Shown here piece after piece: positions 18,198 through 27,573 of a stretch of 41,919 nucleotides of DNA (position 1 is its first letter; every line of letters starts with the position of its first letter). The notes beneath the pieces were generated by a model. The model ran no database searches. It saw only the letters and a list, made by a program, of their open reading frames with translations, and had not been told where the DNA came from. The translations under genes and the position numbers were made by a program. Source of the DNA: Myxococcota bacterium (GTDB taxonomy: Bacteria; Myxococcota_A; UBA796; GCA-2862545); contig JBCCQY010000072.1 in NCBI GenBank assembly GCA_039208735.1, positions 1 to 41,919 of the forward strand, given 5' to 3'.

Positions 18198-18803
18198 TCA
18201 GCGTTGGCCTTCGTCCGGGCGTAAACCAAGGAAGAGCTGCGACAAAAGCTCGTCGGCGGACGCCTCGTCAAGCTGCAACGGGATCAGCGTGCCCGCAGAT
18301 CGCAACGACGCAAACCCATGCACCGCCGACCAGACGTGAAGGGCCACATTGGTCGGAGCATCCCGACGAATCACGCCGGCTTGCATACACGACTCGATCG
18401 CTCCGACCAGCAGATCGTAAGGCGCACGACGGGCCGTCAGAAGACCGGGCTCCTCGGCAGCAAGCACCGTGGGATGGGCCATCAACTGCATCCAGGCGGG
18501 ATGTTCAGCGGCAAAACGCACATACGCCGCCCCCATTCTCCGAAAGCTCGTCAGCGGATCAGACGGGTCGGCCGAAGCCTCCCCCAACGCGCGACCCAAT
18601 CGGTGGTGCACCTGCGTTGCACACGCGGCGAGCAGCCCTTGCAAGCCACCAAACTCCTTGCCCACCGCGGTGTGGGACACGCCCGCCCTCCGGGCCACTC
18701 CGCGCACCGAAAGCTTGTCGGCCCCTTCCTCGGCAATGAGGGCCAAAGCGTGCGTCAGCACCGCGCCGCGGACGTTTCCGTGGTGGTAGGGACGGTCAAC
18801 CAC
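18198..18803 (-). CDS. TetR/AcrR family transcriptional regulator (WHG-type C-terminus)
   Basis: YHHGNVR N-terminus, helix-turn-helix LSVRGVARRAGVSHTA, and C-terminal WSAVHG. Confidence 0.92.
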   Translation of the reverse strand: MVDRPYHHGNVRGAVLTHALALIAEEGADKLSVRGVARRAGVSHTAVGKEFGGLQGLLAACATQVHHRLGRALGEASADPSDPLTSFRRMGAAYVRFAAEHPAWMQLMAHPTVLAAEEPGLLTARRAPYDLLVGAIESCMQAGVIRRDAPTNVALHVWSAVHGFASLRSAGTLIPLQLDEASADELLSQLFLGLRPDEGQR

Positions 18804-18874
18804 ACCGCCCTATAACGCAAATCTCGCCAGGGACCCGCTTCCAAACTCCTCGATCGAAAGCTTTCGGCCTCAAT

Positions 18875-18925
18875 GTTGCCATCGGAAACACAAGGAGCTA
18901 ATCCCTGAGAGTTTCCAATGGAAAC
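18875..18925. promoter_or_regulatory. Pair of TetR-type operator palindromes in the divergent intergenic region
   Basis: Perfect 7-1-7 inverted repeat GTTTCCA-A-TGGAAAC (18911-18925) and a 12/15 copy GTTGCCATCGGAAAC (18875-18889). Confidence 0.7.
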
Positions 18926-18943
18926 ATCTACGGAGGCTCTCCT

Positions 18944-19876
18944 ATGCGCGTCGAACTCCTTGTCCTGGCCGGTCTCGTCGCCTGCGCGACCCGAGATGCA
19001 ACCACGCCGCCCCTGTTGCACACGGCTTCCCCCTCCGACGGCCGCGACGCCTACTTCGAAGCCCTGGGCACTGCGGACTACGACCGCCTAGACGGCATCA
19101 TTGACACCCTGCAAACGGAGGCCGATGCAGGGGATGCGGTGAGCCTGGCCACCCTGGGCTTCGCCCATGCCTGGCGCCTGTCGGAATGGCGCCGTCGCCC
19201 CGACGATGCCAACGTCACGGACCATGCACGCTGGGCGATGGAGGCCTTCGATGATGCGGTCGACGCCGTGCCTGATGATGCGCGCCTCGTGGGTTTCCGC
19301 GGCTCGTTTCGGCAAGCCACGGGCACCATCGAAGAACGGGGCGGCCTGGTGCGTCGGGGTTGGTTCGATACGGTCGAATCCGCCCGCCGCTGGCCCGAAT
19401 GGGGCCTGTTCACCCAAGCGTATGGCCTGGTGACCCTCGAGCCAGAGACCCGACGGTTCGAAAAGGGCATCACGCTACTGTGGGAGAACCTCGACGAATG
19501 CGCCGACACCGAGGTGCCCCGCGAAAACATGGATTGGACTGTGTTCGCGGACCGCATCGACGACGACTTTGACGTGCGTGCCTGCACGAACACGCCCGTC
19601 GCGCCTCACAACATCGAAGGCTTCTTCTTCGTGTTTGGCGACTTCTACGCGAAGAAGGGCGATCTCGCCAACGCGAAAATGATGTACGAAAATGCTGTGG
19701 CCATGGACGACGGCACCTGGCCGTGGCGCACGTTGACAGACCACCGGCTCGCGACGCTCGACACGCTGCCAGATCGTCTGAACCGCACCTACGATGAAGA
19801 CGACCGACCGACGCCCGAGGATATGTTGGTGTTCGGCAGCATCGCAGGCTGCACGATCTGCCACCAGGCCGAGTGA
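18944..19876 (+). CDS. Helical (TPR-like) lipoprotein with a C-terminal CxxCH motif
   Basis: GGAGG ribosome-binding site; LVAC lipobox; ends GCTICHQAE. Confidence 0.75.
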   Translation: MRVELLVLAGLVACATRDATTPPLLHTASPSDGRDAYFEALGTADYDRLDGIIDTLQTEADAGDAVSLATLGFAHAWRLSEWRRRPDDANVTDHARWAMEAFDDAVDAVPDDARLVGFRGSFRQATGTIEERGGLVRRGWFDTVESARRWPEWGLFTQAYGLVTLEPETRRFEKGITLLWENLDECADTEVPRENMDWTVFADRIDDDFDVRACTNTPVAPHNIEGFFFVFGDFYAKKGDLANAKMMYENAVAMDDGTWPWRTLTDHRLATLDTLPDRLNRTYDEDDRPTPEDMLVFGSIAGCTICHQAE

Positions 19877-19907
19877 TCAGCTCGCAGGAGCGAAGCGACG
19901 AAAGCTG
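19877..19907. terminator. Intergenic hairpin between convergent genes (terminator or REP-like)
   Basis: TCAGCT...AGCTGA arms enclosing GAGCGAAGCG; no clear U-tract. Confidence 0.35.
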
Positions 19908-19934
19908 ACCGCGTGCACCTGCAGGCGCGCATGA

Positions 19935-20870
19935 TCAGACCTGCGTCAATCGGTCGGCAAACCGCATTGCCGCCCGCATGGAAGCGGCATCGGCAATGCC
20001 CTGCCCTGCAATGTCGTCGGCCGTGCCATGGTCGACGCTGGTGCGCACGATGGGCAGTCCAAGCGTCCAGTTGACCGCCCGCTCGAGTGGATCCCGACGG
20101 GCCCACTCCAGCGCCTTGAGCGGAGCAAGCCCCTGGTCATGGTACATCGCCACCACAAGGTCAGTGTTCCCCAGTACGGCAGCGCGAAACGCGTTTTCCG
20201 CGCTCACGGGGCCGAACACGTCCCACGCTCCTCGCATCTCGGCCACCGCCGGCGCGATGATCGCCTGATCTTCATGGCCGAGAAGCCCATCATCGCCCGC
20301 GTGCGGGTTGAGCCCACACACCGCCAGCCGTGGCTTTTCAATGCCAAGCTGGTCGACACAGGCACGCCCCGCCTGCTCGATGGTGTGCCGAACGAGGGGG
20401 CTGGTGAGGCGACGAGGCACCTGTGACAACGGCAGATGCACCGTCACCAACGCGACCCGCACCCGCCCCCCGACAAACGCCATGACGGGCCGTTCCACGC
20501 CACACAGTTCACCCAGGAATTCGGTATGGCCAGGATGCCGAAATCCCTGTGCCGCAAGCCGAGCCTTGTGAATGGGCCCCGTCACCAGCCCCCGCGCCGA
20601 CCCATCGAGGCACGCTTCCACCGCAAAGCGCAACGCACGAACCTCGACCGCCTCAACCCCTTCAGGCTCGATGATGGCCACGCCCGACCCCGATTCCGTC
20701 ACCGACTTCGCCTCGTACCAGGACAGCCCAGCCCGGTCCGCCCAGTCCGCAATCGCGGCCCGATCCCCCACCAACACTGCATCGAACGCCTCGTCACGAA
20801 GCGCTTTGACCGCGACCTCAGGCCCGATTCCGTGGGGGTCGCCCGGCGTGACGACGAGGGGTCGGTTCAC
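19935..20870 (-). CDS. pdxA: 4-hydroxythreonine-4-phosphate dehydrogenase PdxA
   Basis: GDPHGIGPEV, VTGPIHK, GHTEFL, GLNPHAG, AMYHDQGLAPLK, RTSVDHGTA; GTGA overlap with surA (the usual surA-pdxA order). Confidence 0.95.
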   Translation of the reverse strand: MNRPLVVTPGDPHGIGPEVAVKALRDEAFDAVLVGDRAAIADWADRAGLSWYEAKSVTESGSGVAIIEPEGVEAVEVRALRFAVEACLDGSARGLVTGPIHKARLAAQGFRHPGHTEFLGELCGVERPVMAFVGGRVRVALVTVHLPLSQVPRRLTSPLVRHTIEQAGRACVDQLGIEKPRLAVCGLNPHAGDDGLLGHEDQAIIAPAVAEMRGAWDVFGPVSAENAFRAAVLGNTDLVVAMYHDQGLAPLKALEWARRDPLERAVNWTLGLPIVRTSVDHGTADDIAGQGIADAASMRAAMRFADRLTQV

Positions 20871-21796
20871 TTGATCTTGACGTCGACCGCAGCTTCTCGG
20901 CGTGCCCGCTGGTACCACTGTTCTTCGGCTTCCTGCAGGCGCTGCTGGAAGATGGCGTTCTTCAGCTGGTCCTTGACCTCTTCGAACGACAACACTTCGG
21001 AGCGCTCGCCAAACGAGTCCACCTTCAGCACGAACAAGATGTTGCCGATGCGCACGGGCGCCGCAACCTGGCCTTCGGGCGTAGTGAAGATCGTGCGGTC
21101 GAGCGCCTCAACCAACTCCCCTTCAGCGACCTCGCGGGTGAATGTCGACGCCATGTTCGCGGAGTCCTGCTCGGTCTGCACCGTGGCAAAGTCTGCCTCG
21201 CCCGTGTTCAACTTGGCCACGAGATCGAGGGCCTTCATCATCTCGTCTTCGAGCGTCAGGCCGGTCGTTCCGTCGGGCAAGGCCATGCCAAACCCCTTGA
21301 CGCTGGCCGTCTTCCGCTTCATTTTCCGCTTTTCACGCTGGTACTTATCCAGGACCTCGTCGTCGTTGATCGAGACCTGCGGCGCCAACACCCGAAGCTG
21401 GAATCGCTCGGTGCGCAGATAATCCTGCATCTCGTCACGGTAGGCCGACCACGGCTTGCCCGAACGCTCGACTTCGGCCCGAAGGTCATCGACGCCCTGA
21501 AGGCTTGGGTACTGAGCCACCGTGCGGTTGATCGCGTCGTCGATGTCGGCCGCAGTGACCGCCAAGTCCAATCTCCGCAGTTCCTGCTCGATGAGCGACC
21601 GTCGGATTTGAACGTCGAGGATCTCGATTTCCGCTTGCTTGACACACTCGTCCGCAAGCCCCGGACAACGCTCGAGAATGTAGCCTCGGCCAAGATCGTA
21701 GACCTCGGAGAGCGCAATCACCTCGTCGTTGACGACGGCTGCGATCCGGTCCACCATGCCCGCTTGCGCAAGGGTCGCCAGCCAAAAGACCATCAC
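20867..21796 (-). CDS. surA: SurA-like periplasmic chaperone (SurA N-domain plus degenerate PPIase)
   Basis: VDRIAAVVNDEVIALSEV N-terminal signature; located directly upstream of pdxA. Confidence 0.82.
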   Translation of the reverse strand: MMVFWLATLAQAGMVDRIAAVVNDEVIALSEVYDLGRGYILERCPGLADECVKQAEIEILDVQIRRSLIEQELRRLDLAVTAADIDDAINRTVAQYPSLQGVDDLRAEVERSGKPWSAYRDEMQDYLRTERFQLRVLAPQVSINDDEVLDKYQREKRKMKRKTASVKGFGMALPDGTTGLTLEDEMMKALDLVAKLNTGEADFATVQTEQDSANMASTFTREVAEGELVEALDRTIFTTPEGQVAAPVRIGNILFVLKVDSFGERSEVLSFEEVKDQLKNAIFQQRLQEAEEQWYQRARREAAVDVKIK

Positions 21797-22773
21797 TCAT
21801 TCTCCTCGGACCGTTCTGGGCCCTCACCATCCCCAGACTTCATTGTTTCGAGCAGCTCGCGCGGATCGACCGTTGGCGCGGCGGCTTCGACTTGAACATA
21901 GGTATTGGCGAGGGTCTTCTCGTCGATGTCCACGCTGTACCGCTGCTTCAGCTGCTCGACGAAGGTCGTCTTCATTTCTTTACGACGTTGGGCGCGAACC
22001 TGACGCATGACCATGCCTTTCATCTGGTCGTAGGTCCGCTCAATGGCGTCACGACGCAGGACGGTCAGCACGAGGTTGAGGCCCTGATCGGTCTCGAACA
22101 CATCGGAAAGCTGGCCCGCTCGCAGGTCGAACGCCTTGTCCACCACCAGCTGGGGAATGCCCGGCTTGCCTTCTCGCGTGATGAGGCCGAGTTCGCCGCC
22201 ACGCCGTGCATAGGCGTCTTCGCTGTGCTTCTCGGCAAGAGCCACGAACTTGCCCGGGTCACGGATGATCTGGCGCCGTAGATCCGTCATCAGCGACTTG
22301 GCGGTGTTGAGGTCGCGGTCGTCGTCGACCCGCACAAAAATGCGCCGCACCTGAGCCTTCTCAGGAATCACGAAGTCGTTTTGGTGCGCCTCGAAGTACG
22401 CCTTCAGCTCTTCCTCGGGGATCTCTTCGGCGTGCACCCGATCGTAGACCTCTTTGCGAATGAGGAGTCCCACCATGTTTCGGCGAACCTTCGGGTCGCG
22501 GTACAGGTCGCGCTTGATCGCTTCCTGAAAGAGGATTTCGTTTTCGATCAGCTCGTCAAGCACCGCCCGTCGCTCGTCCAGGTCTTCGCCCGCTGCCGCA
22601 TCGGGCTGCTCGGCCGCCGCCGCTGCAAAGTCACGGTCGGTGATCGGAGCTTCACCCACCCGAGCAATGACCGCCCCATCGGGCGCCCGACTCGGCGGAG
22701 CACCTTCCTCGTCAACTAGCGACGAGCCGTTACAAGCCCACAATCCCGCGAAGATCGCCACTAGGCGCGCCAT
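21793..22773 (-). CDS. PpiC/parvulin-type peptidyl-prolyl isomerase lipoprotein
   Basis: MARLVAIFAGLWAC signal; PEKAQVRRIFV, FVALAEKHSED, RGGELG and GQLSDVFET; GGGGAAG before ATG 22773. Confidence 0.88.
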   Translation of the reverse strand: MARLVAIFAGLWACNGSSLVDEEGAPPSRAPDGAVIARVGEAPITDRDFAAAAAEQPDAAAGEDLDERRAVLDELIENEILFQEAIKRDLYRDPKVRRNMVGLLIRKEVYDRVHAEEIPEEELKAYFEAHQNDFVIPEKAQVRRIFVRVDDDRDLNTAKSLMTDLRRQIIRDPGKFVALAEKHSEDAYARRGGELGLITREGKPGIPQLVVDKAFDLRAGQLSDVFETDQGLNLVLTVLRRDAIERTYDQMKGMVMRQVRAQRRKEMKTTFVEQLKQRYSVDIDEKTLANTYVQVEAAAPTVDPRELLETMKSGDGEGPERSEENE

Positions 22774-22839
22774 GACTTCCCCTGCGGCGCGCGGTATCCC
22801 AGGTCGTAGGACCGAGCAAGAACCGTTACCACTGGTGTC

Positions 22840-23394
22840 ATGGCGGGTTTCCTCTTCTTTGGCATCGCATTCGGCTCCACCCTCACGGTCGATGCCAAGC
22901 TTGCTACCGAAGTCCTGGTCGATGGACGCAAAATCGTCGAGGCGTGGGAGCCCGCCCGGATCGAGGTGGAAGTTCCGGCCGGTCCACACGTGGTCCGCAT
23001 CTATCGAGCCGGCCAGCCGACGGATCTCGAATTGGTGTTCGAGCCCAACGCGACGATTGACTTGGTGGTCGGCCGAACGGGCATCACCGCAGACTCCTCC
23101 GCGGCAAAGGCCAAGGCCGAAGAAGCCCAGACCGTACCAATCGAATTGCGTGCCATTGAGGCGACCCAAATTCGCATTGGCAAGCAGCGCTACGTGCTCG
23201 GAGACGGTGAAGACAAGACGCTGTCGTTGAAAACGGGTTCGTACCCGATTTCCGTCCGCAACCCAGCCGGAACGGTGATCTGGGCCCGAGGCAACCTCGT
23301 CGTTCGACCTGGCGCACGGGTGGTCGTGCAGCTCGCATCGGGGCGCATGCCGGAGGTTTCAGGAGCCGGCCGGTTCGACCCGGGATCCCCATGA
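22840..23394 (+). CDS. Hypothetical exported protein with two PEGA-like beta modules
   Basis: Short hydrophobic N-terminus; EVLVDG...VPAGPHVVRI and LKTGSYPISV patterns; ATGA overlap with the kinase gene. Confidence 0.65.
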   Translation: MAGFLFFGIAFGSTLTVDAKLATEVLVDGRKIVEAWEPARIEVEVPAGPHVVRIYRAGQPTDLELVFEPNATIDLVVGRTGITADSSAAKAKAEEAQTVPIELRAIEATQIRIGKQRYVLGDGEDKTLSLKTGSYPISVRNPAGTVIWARGNLVVRPGARVVVQLASGRMPEVSGAGRFDPGSP

Positions 23395-25343
23395 GCTCCG
23401 AGGATCGTGAGGGCATTCCACTCGGGCTGCTCTCTCATCCCCGCCCCTCCCGGGGAGGCACCGAGGTTCGCCTCAAGCCGATCCGCCCCTTTCGATCGAT
23501 TCGCTTTCGCGTCCTCGCCACCGTGCTGACCACGCTCACCGCACTGACGGGAGCACTGGTCACGCTCATGCTTTCGCAGCAGCAGATCCTTCAGGCCCAG
23601 TCGATGATCGATGAAGCCTACCTCCCGCTTGTGCTCAAGCTCGACGAGTCGAAAACCGGTTGGAATCGCGTCGACAACGACATTCGCCGCCTGCTCGATG
23701 CCGAACGGCGCCCCACGACCGGGGGCAACGTCTCGCTGACTTCGTTCTACAGCCAGCAGCTCATCAACACCCTGCAAGAGTGTCGGAAGTTTGCCTGGCA
23801 AGCTCGGGTTCGAGCCGCCTCGGGTCCGGAGGTCGCGGTCGTTCATCAGCTCGACAACTACCTCAACGATGCGGATGTGCTGGCCGTCACGTGGCGACAA
23901 AAGGCCATCGACTTGGTGCAACACCTCGAGTCGGGCGATCAGGATGGAGCTGCCGAGCTGCAGGGCGCGTTTCGCTACGATGCGGGACGCCTCGAAGACA
24001 CGTTGTCGAGGCTGGCGAACTTCGTGCGAGGCCGCATGACGTCTTTGCGCGGCCAAGCCCGACAACAGCGCAATCAGGCCAACACCATCGCCTTTGCGCT
24101 CACCGCGCTGGCCTTGGGCCTGTCCGTGGTGATGACGTGGACGGTCTCGTCCGCCGTCTCCTCGGTCGGTCGGCTCACAACCGAGGTCCAACGCCTCGCC
24201 GAAGGGGAATACGGCGGATTGGTCGAAGTCAGCGGCCAAGACGAAGTGGGGCTCCTCGCCAACGAGTACAACCGCATGGTGCGCAGCCTCGCGGTGCGGG
24301 ACGCCACCCTGGTTCGGCGAGCCGAGCAGCTCAATCGACTCTCCCGATACCTCGCCAACGTGCTCGACAGCCTTCAGGATGGCCTATTCGTGGTCGAGCA
24401 CGGGGTGGTCACGATCGCGAATCCCGCCGCCGAAGCCCAGTGGCAGGTCCAACGCGAAGGACCGCCTCCTAAAACCGTACGTCCTTTCCTCGAAGCACCC
24501 GGCTTGTCCGAGCATCGCCTGGGCTCACGCCACGTCGAGGTACGGGTCATGCCGTTTGGCGAAGCCGGATTCATCGTCCTGACCACCGACGTGACCGAGC
24601 AGCGGCGGGCACTTGATCAGCTGGCGCGTTCGGAGCGCCTCGCCCAAATGGGGCAGATGCTGGCTCAAATCACCCACGAGGTTCGCAACCCCCTCAACGC
24701 CATGTCGCTCAACGCCGAGATGCTGACCGACGAACTCGGGACCCTCGACCCCGAACGATCCTCGGAAGCGTGGGCCTTGCTCGACACGGTAAGCGGCGAA
24801 ATCGAACGCTTGACCCAGGTCACCGCCCACTACCTCCAGCTGGCCCGTCGATCGCCCGCGCAACTCGTTCCAACCGACCTCGCGGGGCTCCTCGAAGACG
24901 TGCTGCGCCTCCTGGATGCGGAACTGCGGCAGGCGGACGTGACGCTCGAGACCGCGTTCGAGCCCGTCGAACCGCAGCTCGCGGACGGCAATCAGCTGCG
25001 CCAAGCCATTCTCAACCTCATTCGCAACGCGGCCGAAGCTGGGGCCCACCACCTTCAGCTCCGGCTCCGACTGGTCGATGATGAAGTTCGCATCGAACTT
25101 CGTGATGATGGCCCGGGCATGGACGACGAAGAGATTGATCGAGCCTTCGATCCCTTCTTTTCGACAAAGGCAAGCGGCACGGGACTCGGGCTCGCGATCA
25201 CCCAACAGATCCTGGAAGATCACGGCGGAGAAATCCGCGCCGAATCGGTGAAGGGCCAGGGCACGACCGTCGTGTTGGCGCTGCCCGCAGCCCCGCTGGG
25301 AACGCCGAGCCTCACGAAGAGCCCGCTTTCGCAGGGGACCTGA
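23391..25343 (+). CDS. Membrane sensor histidine kinase (periplasmic helical domain, HAMP, PAS-like, HisKA, HATPase)
   Basis: Two transmembrane segments, HAMP DEVGLLANEYNRM, H-box ITHEVRNPL, N-box NLIRNA, DDGPG, FDPFFSTK and GTGLGL. Confidence 0.95.
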   Translation: MSSEDREGIPLGLLSHPRPSRGGTEVRLKPIRPFRSIRFRVLATVLTTLTALTGALVTLMLSQQQILQAQSMIDEAYLPLVLKLDESKTGWNRVDNDIRRLLDAERRPTTGGNVSLTSFYSQQLINTLQECRKFAWQARVRAASGPEVAVVHQLDNYLNDADVLAVTWRQKAIDLVQHLESGDQDGAAELQGAFRYDAGRLEDTLSRLANFVRGRMTSLRGQARQQRNQANTIAFALTALALGLSVVMTWTVSSAVSSVGRLTTEVQRLAEGEYGGLVEVSGQDEVGLLANEYNRMVRSLAVRDATLVRRAEQLNRLSRYLANVLDSLQDGLFVVEHGVVTIANPAAEAQWQVQREGPPPKTVRPFLEAPGLSEHRLGSRHVEVRVMPFGEAGFIVLTTDVTEQRRALDQLARSERLAQMGQMLAQITHEVRNPLNAMSLNAEMLTDELGTLDPERSSEAWALLDTVSGEIERLTQVTAHYLQLARRSPAQLVPTDLAGLLEDVLRLLDAELRQADVTLETAFEPVEPQLADGNQLRQAILNLIRNAAEAGAHHLQLRLRLVDDEVRIELRDDGPGMDDEEIDRAFDPFFSTKASGTGLGLAITQQILEDHGGEIRAESVKGQGTTVVLALPAAPLGTPSLTKSPLSQGT

Positions 25344-26722
25344 TGGACAGAGCAGGAAGCACCATCCTCGTCGTCGATGATGACGAAAGCAATCGCGTGA
25401 CGTTGGAGCGCATCCTCGTTCGGGAGTCGTACGGCGTCGTGCACGCCGACACGGGCCGCCATGCGATGCAGCACCTTCGAAACCAACGTATCGACTTGGT
25501 GATCACCGATCTCAAGATGCCAGGGATGACCGGCATCGACCTGTTGAAGGCCGCCCGCAAGCTCGATCCTGACCTCGAAGTGGTGGTGATGACGGCCTAC
25601 GGCACGGTGGAGACTGCGGTCGAAGCCATGAAGGAGGGCGCCTACGACTTCGTGAACAAACCGCTGCGCCGCATGGAACTGGTCACCGCAGTTCGCAAGG
25701 CGCTCGAGCGCCGCCAGCTGCAACTCGAAAACCGTGACCTCCGTGAGCAGCTCGAAGCAGTTGGCGAAGGCGAAATGATCGGCCGGTCGGATGCCATGCG
25801 CGCGTTGCTCGACGAGGTGGAGCAGGTCGCCCCGTCCGACGCCACCGTGATGATCTCGGGCGAAAGTGGCACCGGAAAGTCCCGGCTTGCCCGACTGTTG
25901 CATCGCATGTCGCGCCGGCGCGACGCCCGCCTCGTCACGCTCAACTGTGCGGCCATTCCCGAAAATCTGCTCGAGAGCGAGTTGTTTGGGTACGAGAAAG
26001 GAGCGTTCACCGGTGCCGTCGCCCGCAAGGAAGGAAGGTTTGACCTAGCCAATGGCGGCACGCTGTTTCTCGATGAGGTCACCGAAATGCAGCCGGGCAC
26101 TCAGGTCAAGCTGCTCCGGGTGTTGTCGGAGGGCGAGTACGAGCGCGTGGGGGGCACGGAAACGCTGCAGGCCGATGTGCGTGTGGTCGCCGCCTCCAAC
26201 CGCAACGTCGAAGCCGAGGTCGCAGCCGGGCGCTTTCGCGAAGACCTCTATTATCGGCTTTCCGTCATCCCCATTCGGGTGCCTCCGCTACGGGAACGGG
26301 CCGATGACGTAGGCCTTCTCGCCCAGCACTTCCTCGTTCGATTCTCAAAGAAAAACGCCAAGCCCGTCGAAGGCTTCACGTCAGAAGCCCTCGAAGCCCT
26401 GGCGGGGCACCGGTGGCCGGGCAACGTGCGGGAACTCGAGAATGCGGTGGAACGCGCTGTCGTACGTAGCCGTCACACGCGCATCCGAGCCGAGGACCTC
26501 AAGCTGCCCACGGGCGACGGAGAGGCGAGCCGCAAACGGCTGTCGTTCGAGGTGGGCACGCCCTTGAAGGTGGTGGAACGGCGCATGATCGAGGAGACCT
26601 TGCGCTACTGCAATGGCGACAAGAGCCTCGCCGCTTCGCTCATGGGCATCACGGCCCGCACGATCTACCGTCGGGAAGCCGAATGGTCGCAGGATGAAGG
26701 AAACCCGGTCGACGAGCCGTAG
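25343..26722 (+). CDS. Sigma-54-dependent (NtrC-family) response regulator
   Basis: Receiver domain (LVVDDD, DLKMPG), GESGTGK, ESELFGYEKGAFTGA, FLDEV, WPGNVRELEN and a Fis-type helix-turn-helix; TGATG coupling with the kinase. Confidence 0.95.
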   Translation: MDRAGSTILVVDDDESNRVTLERILVRESYGVVHADTGRHAMQHLRNQRIDLVITDLKMPGMTGIDLLKAARKLDPDLEVVVMTAYGTVETAVEAMKEGAYDFVNKPLRRMELVTAVRKALERRQLQLENRDLREQLEAVGEGEMIGRSDAMRALLDEVEQVAPSDATVMISGESGTGKSRLARLLHRMSRRRDARLVTLNCAAIPENLLESELFGYEKGAFTGAVARKEGRFDLANGGTLFLDEVTEMQPGTQVKLLRVLSEGEYERVGGTETLQADVRVVAASNRNVEAEVAAGRFREDLYYRLSVIPIRVPPLRERADDVGLLAQHFLVRFSKKNAKPVEGFTSEALEALAGHRWPGNVRELENAVERAVVRSRHTRIRAEDLKLPTGDGEASRKRLSFEVGTPLKVVERRMIEETLRYCNGDKSLAASLMGITARTIYRREAEWSQDEGNPVDEP

Positions 26723-26739
26723 CCTCGAAGGGGAGACCC

Positions 26740-27573
26740 ATGGCAGAACCAACCCGCTTCGAGCCGACGCCAAGCCGAGCGCCCACCGCCAGACTTCAAC
26801 TGGTTCGCGTGATGGACAAGGCCATGGTTGGTGGCGTGTGCTCAGGCCTGGCCCGCTACTTTCAGGTCAATCCGGACCTGCTGCGCGTCGGGACCGTCAT
26901 CGGAGCGATCGCGTTCACGTTTCCCGTTGTCCTGATCTATTTCGCGGCCATGGCGGTGCTGCCTGCCGACGCCCGTGCCGATCTCAACGTTGATTGGCAA
27001 TCGTCGAGCCTGCGAGCCACCTGGTCAGGCCCCCTGTTGCCGTATGGGCGTCCCTCATCGTGGCTGTTCACGCGTGCCCTGTTGGCCCTGCTTCCTCTCA
27101 CCTTGGTGATTGCGACCTACTCGGGTGGCCTCTGGGACCTGGGCAGCTTCACCATCGTCGCCTGGACGCTGCTGATTGGCACGGCTTCCGCGACACTGCC
27201 CGCGTTCATCATCGCCTTGCTCTACGGCTACGTCCCGCGAAACTGGGCCTTGACCTTGTCGGAAGACGCCTTGTGGATCGAACGGCCGACCCATGCGCCC
27301 GAGCGAGTACCGCTCGACCAGATCGAGACGTTCCATACGTCGAGCGAGCCCTTCACCATCCACTTCAAGGATGGGCGGCTATTGACCCTCGCCCCTCCTC
27401 CCCCGGGTCCCGATCTCGACGTGGTCACCCATGAGCTGCGCAAGAGCATCGGCCGTCACCTCGACCACACCGAGGCCTTGGATGCCACGCGAGAGGAGCG
27501 GCAACGAGTCCTGCAGGTGATGGAGCAACGCGCACGGGCAGGTTCGACGACCGATCAGGGACCGTCAAGCTAA
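26740..27573 (+). CDS. PspC-domain membrane protein with extra transmembrane helices and a C-terminal soluble domain
   Basis: DKAMVGGVCSGLARYFQVNPDLLRV...LIY PspC signature; GGGGAG ribosome-binding site. Confidence 0.82.
   Translation: MAEPTRFEPTPSRAPTARLQLVRVMDKAMVGGVCSGLARYFQVNPDLLRVGTVIGAIAFTFPVVLIYFAAMAVLPADARADLNVDWQSSSLRATWSGPLLPYGRPSSWLFTRALLALLPLTLVIATYSGGLWDLGSFTIVAWTLLIGTASATLPAFIIALLYGYVPRNWALTLSEDALWIERPTHAPERVPLDQIETFHTSSEPFTIHFKDGRLLTLAPPPPGPDLDVVTHELRKSIGRHLDHTEALDATREERQRVLQVMEQRARAGSTTDQGPSS

Noticed and set aside
18855..18866. Perfect palindrome CGAAAGCTTTCG
   Set aside because: Single copy unrelated to the duplicated GTTTCC-N3-GGAAAC motif; it cannot be distinguished from chance.
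22774..23169. N-terminal extensions in the ORF track (PPIase to 23169, PP2C from 35563, OmpA to 39466, SSADH to 13611, 4852 ORF to 6330)
   Set aside because: They overlap neighbouring genes; downstream starts have ribosome-binding sites, signal peptides or stop/start coupling.
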